This document shows positions 28,941-38,816 of a stretch of 47,169 nt of DNA, piece by piece (position 1 is the first letter of the stretch; every line of letters starts with the position of its first letter). Below the pieces are notes generated by a model. It was not told the origin of the DNA and ran no database searches. It saw nothing but the letters and a program-made list of their open reading frames with translations. Source of the DNA: a virus (taxonomy: Duplodnaviria > Caudoviricetes); the IMG/VR virus record IMGVR_UViG_3300032212_000024, positions 1 to 47,169 of that record; one strand, 5' to 3'. The translations under genes were made by a program, and so were the position numbers.

Positions 28941-29347
28941 TATGCCAAAAAATCTTCCCAGCCACTAAGCTTTTCTTTTACTTGATCAACAATCCACCCC
29001 ATCTTTGGGTCACGATATAAATCTTCAATACTATTCAAATCAACTACCTTGCCTTTGTATTTCAAATTCTTTACTGATGAAGTCAAAGCAATTAATCGCT
29101 GAATATCATCTTCCTCAGAGTCTTCAGGACTTCGACTTGCCAACCCTTTTACACCGCGCTTCGCAATTAATTGTTGGGCATTGCGTGTTGCTTTTCTGCG
29201 TTGTTTTACTGCTTCATCACTAGCTGGGCCAAATACTTCAATCACCATAGGCTTTTTGCGATCATCATCAGCATATAGCTTTCCAATTGTTGGGTGCTCA
29301 ATATGTATTTCAGCAGTTTCTGGAACATTTATTTCAGATAAATCCAT
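28940..29347 (-). CDS. Tail assembly chaperone (gpG-like)
   Basis: Between the tail tube and tape measure genes; ends in slippery T TTT TTG. Confidence 0.8.
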   Translation of the reverse strand: MDLSEINVPETAEIHIEHPTIGKLYADDDRKKPMVIEVFGPASDEAVKQRRKATRNAQQLIAKRGVKGLASRSPEDSEEDDIQRLIALTSSVKNLKYKGKVVDLNSIEDLYRDPKMGWIVDQVKEKLSGWEDFLA

Positions 29348-29453
29348 GGTACACCTCTGTCAGTAAATAGGTGCTGTCAGAATTTTTATAAGGTTGGGAA
29401 GGGCAACGCTGACAGCGCCACTGCCCTTCCCATAGGCTATTACTAGCCTACAA

Positions 29454-29912
29454 TTATGCGTAGTCGTCAGTCAAAACAGCATTATCCAATTCAATATTAC
29501 AATTAACCATTGTAACAGAATTTGAATCATTTACTGATGATGTAAAGCTACCAACTACTCCAGTGAAATACGCAACTTTCGTATCAGCATTCAAAATCTT
29601 AAATGAGTGAACTGTATATTTGTCTGCGCCATCAAAACCAGCTTTCAAAAGTGCCTGCCCTGCATCACCAGTAAGGCGACCAATTGCAGCAGCAATAGTA
29701 CCATAATCAATACTACCTTTGCGCTTTTTAACAATTCCAGTTGCTAGTGGAACAAAGTTTGTAATACTAGCAGTACCACCATACTCACCAAGGCTTTCAA
29801 CCTCACCAACTTCAGTCCAGGTAAGCAATGCAAAACCCGCAGCATCATATGTTGCTGGCTCTGCCACTGAAACATATAATTGCGTACCCACTGATAATGT
29901 TACATCTGCCAT
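29454..29912 (-). CDS. Major tail tube protein
   Basis: PATYDAAGF..LTWTEVGEV..LGEYG and KRKGSIDYG; position in the tail operon. Confidence 0.85.
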   Translation of the reverse strand: MADVTLSVGTQLYVSVAEPATYDAAGFALLTWTEVGEVESLGEYGGTASITNFVPLATGIVKKRKGSIDYGTIAAAIGRLTGDAGQALLKAGFDGADKYTVHSFKILNADTKVAYFTGVVGSFTSSVNDSNSVTMVNCNIELDNAVLTDDYA

Positions 29913-29916
29913 TTTT

Positions 29917-30318
29917 CTATCTCCTAATTAATGCTTTGTAACCAATTGAAAGGACTAACTTGTACCAACCATCCTCGGGCACGCCTTGTTGCCTTGAATG
30001 ATTCACTATTGTCAAAGTCGTGATTCCATAAGTCAAACGCGACCCTAACACAAAGGCATCAAAAATATTTTGCGCCATTGTTTTTGCTACGATAGCACCT
30101 TTATCTGTGGGGTATCGTAGGATGATTCTAAACAACCCATCTGTTTCATTTGTATGCTTTAAATTTAGCATAGTGGTATCATTTTGAAGAACAATCAATT
30201 CAGCATAAGGTTGTCCAGGAATTTGATCATATTCACTATTTTCATAAGCAATAGGCAGCCCGAAAGCACTGTCAATAAAGTGCTTAATCAAGGATTGATC
30301 TATTTGGACATTAGCCAT
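29917..30318 (-). CDS. Tail terminator protein (DUF4128-like)
   Basis: PIAYEN motif and gene order. Confidence 0.7.
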   Translation of the reverse strand: MANVQIDQSLIKHFIDSAFGLPIAYENSEYDQIPGQPYAELIVLQNDTTMLNLKHTNETDGLFRIILRYPTDKGAIVAKTMAQNIFDAFVLGSRLTYGITTLTIVNHSRQQGVPEDGWYKLVLSIGYKALIRR

Positions 30319-30673
30319 TGGACACTTCCTTTACAATACGATCAATTCTTTGAATCCCTTTTGCTACCATTCCATCTTTCTCTTCAAATACTTCTGCATA
30401 TGGAAGATTGTTTGTTAAATAATCAATTCCATTTGAGGTAACATTGTTTTGAATTTCTTCTTTAACAACTTCTCCATTTGGACTAGGACGTTCTATTTGT
30501 TCACCAATTGGGCTTCCTGTGCTAGTTTGCCAATTTCCTTTTAAACGACCAGTCCTAACACGAGTATTTTCAACAATATCTGAAAATAATTTTATTTTTA
30601 TTGCTCGCGCACTTTCATCAACTGTTGATTCAGTTTTATCAGCAAATCTTTTTAAGTCAGCAGCAAAACCCAT
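30311..30673 (-). CDS. HK97 gp10-like neck / tail completion protein
   Basis: TRVRTGRLKGNWQ and LTNNLPYA. Confidence 0.78.
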   Translation of the reverse strand: MGFAADLKRFADKTESTVDESARAIKIKLFSDIVENTRVRTGRLKGNWQTSTGSPIGEQIERPSPNGEVVKEEIQNNVTSNGIDYLTNNLPYAEVFEEKDGMVAKGIQRIDRIVKEVSNG

Positions 30674-31032
30674 TAGCCTCTGACCTGAACAAAGTAAATC
30701 AATGGAAGCCCAGAAGGTGATTTGCTAAGTATTGGAGGGATAATATCCCAATATTCATTACCAACTAAAACTTTATCAGTTGGCAGCGGCTCAAAAGAAT
30801 TATCCAGAACAAGCATCCTATCACCAGCAAGGATTCTAGTTCCATCAATTAATGAATTTGAATACTCTTTAAAAATTCCATTCACTATATTTAATGAATC
30901 AACTCCAGCTGTAATATCCCCAGTCACAGGGTCAACACTTTCACCAGTCGTACGCTTTACAGTTACTTGAAAGCCATACTCTTCTATGAGTCTGGATGCA
31001 GTCGCTGCAAGAAGTGTGTAAAAATCACTCAT
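30673..31032 (-). CDS. Head closure protein
   Basis: DPVTG and IDGTRILAGD motifs; gene order. Confidence 0.72.
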   Translation of the reverse strand: MSDFYTLLAATASRLIEEYGFQVTVKRTTGESVDPVTGDITAGVDSLNIVNGIFKEYSNSLIDGTRILAGDRMLVLDNSFEPLPTDKVLVGNEYWDIIPPILSKSPSGLPLIYFVQVRG

Positions 31033-31532
31033 CTGCGCACCGAAGGAACAGAAAACAACCCACTATTTTTTAAAAGCAATGACATAAGTGCATTTGAAGT
31101 AGTTTGCTTACTAGCTTTTGAAGGCATTCCACCTTTATATTTAACAGATACTGCACCAGAAACAGTTTCTTCAGTAACAACTCTGTTTACTTCTGGATTA
31201 TATGGATCAATTCCATTATGGTAATCAATAGCAATATTCATTTGTGCTAAAATAGCTTGCCTTGGAATCTCATCAAACCCCCAGCCCCAACCCTCAATTA
31301 TCAAATCAGTCCGTGGATAGGGAGTGGTCTGGTCACGGTCAACCAAGATTCCTTTCAGATTAGCTTCATGGCTAGCAATATATTGAGTTGCCTTTACCAA
31401 ATTTGCTTCTTCAGCATCAATATCAACAGTTACATCAATGCCTAAGCTTAAAGCATAATCAATATAGTCATTTGTTGACACAAAACTATTGGCATTAGCA
31501 ACAATTGATCCATCTTCAACAATAATGGCCAT
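31029..31532 (-). CDS. Head-tail adaptor (family annotated DnaT-like)
   Basis: IIVEDGSIVANANSFVS ... Q...YPR ... IP. Confidence 0.78.
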   Translation of the reverse strand: MAIIVEDGSIVANANSFVSTNDYIDYALSLGIDVTVDIDAEEANLVKATQYIASHEANLKGILVDRDQTTPYPRTDLIIEGWGWGFDEIPRQAILAQMNIAIDYHNGIDPYNPEVNRVVTEETVSGAVSVKYKGGMPSKASKQTTSNALMSLLLKNSGLFSVPSVRR

Positions 31533-31568
31533 AAAGTTAGTCTCTTTAGCTCTTTATATCGCTATTAA

Positions 31569-31763
31569 TTAGCTGTTGTCGTCGCTAGTCTTAGCCGTTC
31601 CTTTAGCTTTAGGGCTAGGGGTAGGGGTAGAGTCTTTCGACTCGCTACCAGGCTTAGCTTTAGCTTCATATAGCTTTTGATTTTTACCTAAATCACACTC
31701 ATTTATGATCATGAATCCATGTTCATTATCAGCAACAACTTTTACAGTTTTCAACTTAGTCAT
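31569..31763 (-). CDS. Small protein downstream of the capsid gene
   Basis: GAGG RBS; LKTVKV...GFMIINE motif. Confidence 0.65.
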   Translation of the reverse strand: MTKLKTVKVVADNEHGFMIINECDLGKNQKLYEAKAKPGSESKDSTPTPSPKAKGTAKTSDDNS

Positions 31764-31791
31764 TTTAAAATCCTCTGTCAGATAATTTTGA

Positions 31792-31819
31792 TAAAGGAGG
31801 TGTTTTCACACCTCCTTTA
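31792..31819 (-). terminator. Terminator after the major capsid gene
   Basis: TAAAGGAGGTG-TTTTCA-CACCTCCTTTA. Confidence 0.7.
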
Positions 31820-31832
31820 ATGGCTTTACAAA

Positions 31833-32993
31833 TTAGCCAATAAGAACAGCAATGTGCTCTTTCTTAACAGCCTTAACACCCCAAGCAATTGCTACTTCAA
31901 ATTGAACTTGGCGATATTGCAAGTACATGCTAACTTCAAAAGACAAGCCAGATACTGGATCAGTAATGATCATGCGATCTACCGCAGAATCACCTTGCTC
32001 TGGAAGTGCTGGAGCACGAGTTGCCAAAGCAATCGCAGAGCGAGAAAAGCCCATGTTGCGGTCAGAAGCAGCCACCCCAGAAATAACAGTTGTTGCAGCA
32101 GCAGCAGAACGAAGTCCAGGAGCATTCAAAACAATATCACCAGTTGTTGAAGCACCAATTGTAACATCAGCAGCTAATGTATACTTTTCAGAATCACCAG
32201 CAAAAGTAATGAAGTCACCAGCTACGCCAGATACAGCAGCGCCAGCAGCAGTAGTTACATTAATTGTGGTCTGGCCAATTGCTTCTAAAGCAGTAACAGT
32301 AACATCACCAGTGATAATGTTTGTTCCAGTTGAAACAACAGCAGCAGATTCGCGAATAGCAAAGCCAGCAGTATCAAGCAGAACGCCTTGACGAAGCATT
32401 GAATCCTGGCCTTGAATATCAGTGCGAGATTGCTTACCAATCATGTTTGCACCAGCAGCTGTATTCAAAACCAAACTATTACCAGTTCCTGGCGCGCCAT
32501 TATCTTTCAGAATCTTCGCAAGTAAAGATGCATCTGTGTAATCGCCGGCAGTAGCAAAGGCAATTGTACCAGGCGTTCCATATGCGCGCGAAGCATGAAT
32601 GTGAAGTCCACCAAGATCAGTTTCAATCTCATTAGTAAGCGTACGCATAGCCTGAGCAAACTGATCACTCAACAACTTATTAATTTGAACGCCGCCATTA
32701 GACAAACCAAGGCGCTCTTCGCCATTCCAGCGGATTGGGACACGACGTGATTTACTGATTGTCATTGACTCATTGCCAATAACTTGATCACCATCATCAG
32801 GGGGAGTTACATTTGGAGTGATATCAGTTGCGCTAGCAGCAGGGGCAACAGGAGAGCGAACAGTTTGGCCTACAGCTGCACGCTCATAGGTCATGTCACC
32901 AGTTACAGATGGAATAAAGCCCACTTGTTCACGGGAAACAACGTCAAGTGCGTTGTACATTTCGCCAACAAGATCAGTTAAGGTATTTGCCAT
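31833..32993 (-). CDS. Major capsid protein (P22 gp5-like)
   Basis: MANTLT...ALDVVSREQVGFIP, AIALATRAP and TDPVSGLSF. Confidence 0.9.
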   Translation of the reverse strand: MANTLTDLVGEMYNALDVVSREQVGFIPSVTGDMTYERAAVGQTVRSPVAPAASATDITPNVTPPDDGDQVIGNESMTISKSRRVPIRWNGEERLGLSNGGVQINKLLSDQFAQAMRTLTNEIETDLGGLHIHASRAYGTPGTIAFATAGDYTDASLLAKILKDNGAPGTGNSLVLNTAAGANMIGKQSRTDIQGQDSMLRQGVLLDTAGFAIRESAAVVSTGTNIITGDVTVTALEAIGQTTINVTTAAGAAVSGVAGDFITFAGDSEKYTLAADVTIGASTTGDIVLNAPGLRSAAAATTVISGVAASDRNMGFSRSAIALATRAPALPEQGDSAVDRMIITDPVSGLSFEVSMYLQYRQVQFEVAIAWGVKAVKKEHIAVLIG

Positions 32994-33183
32994 TTTCTTT
33001 GCCTCTTAAATGTTGCGCCAAGACAAAGAATTGGAATGTCCTGACAATGAAATAGTTTAATCATTATCAGGCCACTGACCTGGGATAGAGCCACAGACTG
33101 CTATCACTTGAAGTTTTTGGCAAGCAACTGGCCACTGACCAGTTTATCAAATCTTAAAAGATAGGGCTTTACCTTTCCCCCTA

Positions 33184-33212
33184 ATTATAGTACGAGTTAG
33201 GAAGAGGGTAAA
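33184..33212 (-). promoter_or_regulatory. Promoter for the capsid gene, embedded in an inverted repeat
   Basis: TTTACC-N17-TATAAT on the minus strand, within GGCTTTACC...GGTAAAGCC. Confidence 0.6.
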
Positions 33213-33241
33213 GCCTTATTTTAATTTTGAAGTAAAATAAA

Positions 33242-33985
33242 TTAATCTACAACAACGCCTTTTTCAGAAATAAACTTCGACCTTTCTAATGGGTTAAGCG
33301 AATCAAAATCACTGCGCTTCATTTGCTTTCCACCAGAGTTACCCCCTCCACCGCCAGCATTAGCATTTCCACCACCAGAAGCAGAACTACCTTTTAGGAT
33401 TGGAGCAAATGCAGGAATCTCACCAATTTCAGCTTTAAGCTCTTCAAGAGTTAGAGCACTTGGCCTACCATCTTTTAACACAGTGATGTGTGGCTTATTT
33501 TCACGCAATTCCATAACAAGCCGTGATTGGATGTGCGGCTCAATTACTGAGGCTGATCCATCAAGTGCCAATTCTGATGCAATTGAAGTTGCAGTGGCTC
33601 CAACTGTTACATCATTTATAATTTTATTGAGACTAGAAATTGAAGCTTCATAATCTGAAGTCAACTTATCAAGCTTTCCTTGCCAAGACGCTTCAATTGC
33701 TTCAATGTCTCCACCTTTTCTAGCAGCTTCTGCTGCATCTTCAGCTGCCTTTTTTTCTGCTGCCTTTCGATGCTTTTCTGCTTCATCATGCTTAGCTTTA
33801 AACTTATCACGATCTTCAGTAAGCGTAGTAATGTTTCCAGTTAGCAAATTTACCTTGTCTTGAAGTGCTTTTAGCTGTGCTGCACTATCATCTGATCCAC
33901 CACCACCTTGGCCGCCATCATCACTAGCACCTTCCATATACATATTCATGCCATTAAGGCCAAACAATCGTTGCAATCTATCCAT
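33242..33985 (-). CDS. Capsid scaffolding protein
   Basis: Charged coiled coil with a Gly-rich tail; upstream of the capsid gene. Confidence 0.82.
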   Translation of the reverse strand: MDRLQRLFGLNGMNMYMEGASDDGGQGGGGSDDSAAQLKALQDKVNLLTGNITTLTEDRDKFKAKHDEAEKHRKAAEKKAAEDAAEAARKGGDIEAIEASWQGKLDKLTSDYEASISSLNKIINDVTVGATATSIASELALDGSASVIEPHIQSRLVMELRENKPHITVLKDGRPSALTLEELKAEIGEIPAFAPILKGSSASGGGNANAGGGGGNSGGKQMKRSDFDSLNPLERSKFISEKGVVVD

Positions 33986-34031
33986 TACATTCCCTCTTTT
34001 TACTGTCAGTCAATAAAGCCTTTCGGCACTT

Positions 34032-35099
34032 TTAAAGCCCAGCCTTTTTAAACGCAATTGGCTCAAGCTTTCTCATTTCACCCAATGTTAATGGCTCAAA
34101 CCGCTTTCCAATTTGAAGCTCTGCAAATCTATCAGAACTTAAACCGCCATTCCTCATCAACTTGCCCCTTGTTGGCCCAATTATGCTGTCTTGAACAGAA
34201 GCAGGTTGACGCTTCAAAAAGCTATAATAAGTTTCATTAGCAGGAATGCTAATGACCTCACCAGTTTCTGGATCACGAGCGCTTCTTGTTCCGCCTTCAC
34301 CCAAAACCTTAAATCTATCATCAAGAGCAGCAACAGTTGTAGTTCTGCAATTAATGTGGAAAGGAGGCATTGGGCCTTTATTTAATGGGTATTCTTTTCC
34401 ATCAAGGCTTCTACAAGTTGAAGTTGTTTTTGTATCAATTGTTGCTGAAATCTTATATTTTTTTACAATATCAGAATTAGCACGCCAAGTTGCTTCCCGT
34501 GATACATTGGCTGTATGGGCCAGCCCAGTTCTTACAACATTATACAAGTCCTTTTGAGAGGCAGAAAATGCGCCATCAACAGCACTCATATCTCTAACCA
34601 GTGAGCCTGTTGTTTTTCCTTGAGCAAATCCAAACCTTATTGCTCTATTAACACGATCTATATTTCTTGGTGTCCAATCCTTGATAAGTGAATCCAATAA
34701 AGAACCTTGGTATGGACCTGCTACATTAAGTGGAGTTGTGTTAACAGCAGCCAACAATTGCTTTTCAGATGGAAGATCAAAATCATAGTTTACTCCAACT
34801 GAATTTAATGATCTGGTTTCAAACCCAGATTCATATATGGAAAGCTCGCTGATTTGACTTCTAATTACCTCTTCAATTGGAGCAGACATTTCACGCATCA
34901 ATCTTCTAATTGCGACCAATTGCTTTTCAAGCCTTGTTCTGCTCCATTCTGTTATTTCCCCATCTAACTCAGAAATAATAGCCTTTCTCATTTTTTTGAG
35001 AAGTGAATTGTATTCCTTTATGGCGCTTGACTTATACCTCTCAAGATACACAGCATGACGAGTTGTCTGATCAATTAATTGTCGATGTGAAGTTGCCAT
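34032..35099 (-). CDS. Minor head protein (SPP1 gp7 / Mu F-like)
   Basis: ATIDTKTTSTCRSLDG...PPFHINCRT. Confidence 0.9.
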   Translation of the reverse strand: MATSHRQLIDQTTRHAVYLERYKSSAIKEYNSLLKKMRKAIISELDGEITEWSRTRLEKQLVAIRRLMREMSAPIEEVIRSQISELSIYESGFETRSLNSVGVNYDFDLPSEKQLLAAVNTTPLNVAGPYQGSLLDSLIKDWTPRNIDRVNRAIRFGFAQGKTTGSLVRDMSAVDGAFSASQKDLYNVVRTGLAHTANVSREATWRANSDIVKKYKISATIDTKTTSTCRSLDGKEYPLNKGPMPPFHINCRTTTVAALDDRFKVLGEGGTRSARDPETGEVISIPANETYYSFLKRQPASVQDSIIGPTRGKLMRNGGLSSDRFAELQIGKRFEPLTLGEMRKLEPIAFKKAGL

Positions 35100-36487
35100 T
35101 ATCCTTCAGGAACACCGCTGGGAAGTGAAATTTCACTGGCATAATCCGCAGCGCTTTTTTCATCATCAAAAATTCCATATTTTTTCATATATAGAGTGAA
35201 ATCATATGCAGGAATCGCGCCAACTATGTAACCAGAAATTACCTCTTTTAATTCTGCTGGAGTAGCAGATGCCTTTACAAAATCAGTATTTATTTCATAT
35301 GAAATTTCACCAGTTGCTCCCATATAAATAGCAGCCCACTTAAGGCAAGATTCATATGCTTCATTAACATTTTCAACTACCATTGATAACATTGAATGTT
35401 GAGTTTCACGCTCATTAGAAGATTGCTCAGCAGTTTTTGCAACCCCACCTGGTGTTATCATTCTAGCTCCAATTCCAATCATCATGTCAACTTTGTCCAA
35501 CATTGCTTGTCTAACTAATGGATTGGGAGGGGCAGAGGCAAAGCCAAATTGACCATCTTCTGGAACAGCCAAAGTTTCACGACTACCTACATACATATGA
35601 TTGGCTTTCATTAAATCAATATGGTCTTGATCAACAGCACTCATCCAAGGCTGGGCTTGACCAGCAAACCAAACACTGTCTTCAAAATCTGCACTATTAC
35701 GATAATGTGAAACATTTAAAGAACACATAGCGTGCATAATAGGCTTATCAACACAATAGTCATTATTCTCAGAGCCAATAAATGTAAAAGGAATTTCAGT
35801 AAGTGGCTTTCCACTATGTCCTTTTGGAATTCTTTCACCAACTTCATCCACAACCCACTTCTCTTCAGCCTTAATCCAATGTCGTTCTTTGTAGATTCCA
35901 TCATCAATATACAACTCTCTCAAAATATCAACAGTCTTGTGTTCATAATCAACAAGCTCAACTTTAGAATCTTCAAATACAACAAGAGACAAAAATGTTT
36001 TTGCTCCAATGGTAGATGTATTCCAATTGATTATTCTCTGTGGTGTGATTAGGTTAATCGACGCCACAAACTTGCCACTTGTAACATCTTCTTTTGAAAT
36101 TTCACCATCAGTTTCTGGAAATGATGTAAACAAACCAGCACGGCTTTTTGTAGTTGTATTTAAGACTGCTTTTCTCGATTGCTGATGTATGGAGTTACCA
36201 GACCCATCAATGTTGCCTTCTATGTATGACAATCCTTCTGGAACAACAAGCAAAGGATTTTTGCTAAATACTGTTCCAATCATTCCACTAGCAGTTTGTC
36301 CAGCAAGCGCATAAAAAACAGCACGCTCTTTGTACATAGCATTTCTAGCTTTATTCTCATTGGATGTATCATGCGAATTGAGCTCAATAAGATAATCTGT
36401 TAAATTATTTTCTTCAATTATATCATCAATTAACTTCCACTTGCTTTCATTATCAATATATTGCGGATGCTTAGAATCAATAGCCAT
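35099..36487 (-). CDS. Portal protein (DUF4055-like)
   Basis: IPFTFIG and LNVSHYRNSAD; follows the terminase gene. Confidence 0.88.
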   Translation of the reverse strand: MAIDSKHPQYIDNESKWKLIDDIIEENNLTDYLIELNSHDTSNENKARNAMYKERAVFYALAGQTASGMIGTVFSKNPLLVVPEGLSYIEGNIDGSGNSIHQQSRKAVLNTTTKSRAGLFTSFPETDGEISKEDVTSGKFVASINLITPQRIINWNTSTIGAKTFLSLVVFEDSKVELVDYEHKTVDILRELYIDDGIYKERHWIKAEEKWVVDEVGERIPKGHSGKPLTEIPFTFIGSENNDYCVDKPIMHAMCSLNVSHYRNSADFEDSVWFAGQAQPWMSAVDQDHIDLMKANHMYVGSRETLAVPEDGQFGFASAPPNPLVRQAMLDKVDMMIGIGARMITPGGVAKTAEQSSNERETQHSMLSMVVENVNEAYESCLKWAAIYMGATGEISYEINTDFVKASATPAELKEVISGYIVGAIPAYDFTLYMKKYGIFDDEKSAADYASEISLPSGVPEG

Positions 36488-36525
36488 TGTGGGCTCCAGT
36501 TAAATATGTTATAAACTTTTGTTCA

Positions 36526-37806
36526 CTATACTGCACTTCTTAATCCAGTTCCCAAAATAATAGGCTTCTTAATAGGCATTGAAAATGCTATTGGGTATCC
36601 AGTTGCATCATTTTGGTGATCATCGCCATTTTTCTCTGGAGAGCCATTTTTATCATAAGCTTGCTGCTCCAACCCTGATGCAACAGTTGGTGCCAATTTA
36701 TCATTAATTTTTAACAACCCATCATCAAGAGCTTTATTCACAGAAAGAATACGATCTTTAACAAAAGGGTTCTTTTTATTATTTTTAACTGAAAAACCAG
36801 CTAATTTTAGCAAGGCCAAATCAGATTTTGATGCATCTTGGGACTTTCTATTTTTCCCTGAAGCATCAGGGTAAAAAATTATTTTGTGATTACCAAATTT
36901 TTCTTTTATTGTATCAATTAATGCTGGGGTATCAAGAAGATCAACAAGCTCTCCAACAGCATGCCAAATATCTCCACGAACAACGTAGATAGTGCTTGCC
37001 ATTTTTCCAACATTAAAATCTTGTCCAATGTGTAGTGTGTCATTTTCTTCAATCTTCTCAGTAGAGCGACAAGTAAAACGGTCGTAGCTAGTATATACTA
37101 CCCCGCTCGTTAGGTTAACGAATTCACCTAATAAATAAGCCTGAATCAATTCTTTTGGATATTGTTCCATCAACTCAGCAATGTAATCAACTGGCAGATT
37201 CTTTGCATTGCTATATGTGCTCATTTGAATGAGCCTGCTATTCTTTAAAGGCTTTTTCTTAAACAGATTGTAGGTTGCCTTAAATCCTTCTGGAGTCGTT
37301 GTTACAAATAATTGATTGATTCTACCAGTAGGATTTTTCTGACGTAAACGTGCAGCAGTTTTTCTAAACGCTAAATATGCCTTATCAGTTGGCAAAATAT
37401 CAAACTCATCAAGAACAGCATCAGCAACTTCCCAGCCAACAATCTTTTCAGGCCGCTCCATAGTTCTGCAAAAAATCTTGCCAAGGCCTTCAATTTTTAC
37501 AATATGCTTGCCTTCATTAATTATATAATCAAGGCCCATTTCAGGAAGCATTTTATCAATTGCTGGATAAAAAATATCACGAATTAATGGATAAGTTGGA
37601 GCAAGGTATGCCTGATCAATTCCAGGCGCAGCCATCATGTTTCCCATTATCCGTGATAGTGCTGCATGGGTCTTGCCTGACCCAAACCCAGCTACAGCAG
37701 CTACATACTTTTCAGTAGCAGTGAGGAAGTCATGCTGAGGTTTTGAAAACCCAAACTTGACTTCCTCAATCACATCATTGACGGCCTTTCTGGCATTTCT
37801 AGCCAT
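36526..37806 (-). CDS. terL: Terminase large subunit
   Basis: AGFGSGKT, VLDE, TTTPEG, GQDFN and DHQNDATGY. Confidence 0.95.
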   Translation of the reverse strand: MARNARKAVNDVIEEVKFGFSKPQHDFLTATEKYVAAVAGFGSGKTHAALSRIMGNMMAAPGIDQAYLAPTYPLIRDIFYPAIDKMLPEMGLDYIINEGKHIVKIEGLGKIFCRTMERPEKIVGWEVADAVLDEFDILPTDKAYLAFRKTAARLRQKNPTGRINQLFVTTTPEGFKATYNLFKKKPLKNSRLIQMSTYSNAKNLPVDYIAELMEQYPKELIQAYLLGEFVNLTSGVVYTSYDRFTCRSTEKIEENDTLHIGQDFNVGKMASTIYVVRGDIWHAVGELVDLLDTPALIDTIKEKFGNHKIIFYPDASGKNRKSQDASKSDLALLKLAGFSVKNNKKNPFVKDRILSVNKALDDGLLKINDKLAPTVASGLEQQAYDKNGSPEKNGDDHQNDATGYPIAFSMPIKKPIILGTGLRSAV

Positions 37807-37824
37807 TTTTATTTGGCCAATTCA

Positions 37825-38148
37825 TCAAGCACATGCTTTAATTGCTGCCTTAACAGTACATTCTCTATATTGCCTAAGCCCAGCACCACCATTTATAGTC
37901 AGCTTTATGATGTATGCTTGTCGATTTACAAATTCAACATCATAAGGGACTGTTCCACGATAAACACCATCACTAGAAGCAATATATGTCAAAGTTAAAG
38001 GCCAGGCAAAGCCTGGCACTTCAACTCCACTACGATCAGTTACGGTCGCAGTGATAACAGCATCATTAATGTATAGTCCAGAGATATTATTGATCAGGCC
38101 ACTAACTGTGATCAAGTTATCAGATAATACATAGACTTCACTAGCCAT
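37825..38148 (-). CDS. Ig-like / BppU-N-like virion protein (putative)
   Basis: All-beta pattern with DGVYRG; part of the fibre module. Confidence 0.5.
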   Translation of the reverse strand: MASEVYVLSDNLITVSGLINNISGLYINDAVITATVTDRSGVEVPGFAWPLTLTYIASSDGVYRGTVPYDVEFVNRQAYIIKLTINGGAGLRQYRECTVKAAIKACA

Positions 38149-38378
38149 TACTTGACCTCACTAGCCACTGTTTGGCGAATTGAATCAACATCCAATTTGT
38201 TTGGACCTGGAGCGCGATCATTTTGCTCACCAGTTTCCAAATTTTTAGCCCAGCCAACTTGTACCCAACCAGCATAAGTAGCTGCTTGATCATCATCACC
38301 AGAAATCAACACTTCACCTTTTAAATGGTGATTCACTCCAGCTTTAATTCCACCATCTTCAACAATTTCAATTTTCAT
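38148..38378 (-). CDS. Hypothetical virion-associated protein
   Basis: GGAG RBS before ATG 38378. Confidence 0.65.
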   Translation of the reverse strand: MKIEIVEDGGIKAGVNHHLKGEVLISGDDDQAATYAGWVQVGWAKNLETGEQNDRAPGPNKLDVDSIRQTVASEVK

Positions 38379-38410
38379 TTCATAACTCTCCAATTAAGTT
38401 TTAAATCTGA

Positions 38411-38776
38411 TTATGTTGGATCAGCAATCTCATGATCCCAAGCAGGGATATCAACAGTGCCACCAGAAGTCAGTGCTTGAGTTGTACAAGTCGTAACATC
38501 CAAAACAGTGGTTGCGTCACATAAAGCAATATGAGTAGCTGTTCCAGTGGTTGTAATACTTACACCAGCTTTTGCTGCTACAGTTACTTTGCGCCCTGAT
38601 ACATCGCCATCAGCATTTGTGTAATCCCCACCAACCATAGCTTGTGTAGCCAAGTTATAAGTTGTAGTGGCTTCAAGCAATGTAGTTGGTTGAGCAGAAC
38701 AAACGTATTGATTGGTGCTAGTAGCAATCTCATTAAGTGCTGCATCCATTACATCATTATGTGTTACCTTAGCCAT
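38411..38776 (-). CDS. Small Thr/Ala-rich fibre subunit (putative)
   Basis: TGTATHIALCD motif typical of small phage fibre proteins; strong GAGGTG RBS. Confidence 0.65.
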   Translation of the reverse strand: MAKVTHNDVMDAALNEIATSTNQYVCSAQPTTLLEATTTYNLATQAMVGGDYTNADGDVSGRKVTVAAKAGVSITTTGTATHIALCDATTVLDVTTCTTQALTSGGTVDIPAWDHEIADPT

Positions 38777-38816
38777 TTTTCACCTCTTTTAATTAAATAG
38801 CATTGACAAAATAAAA

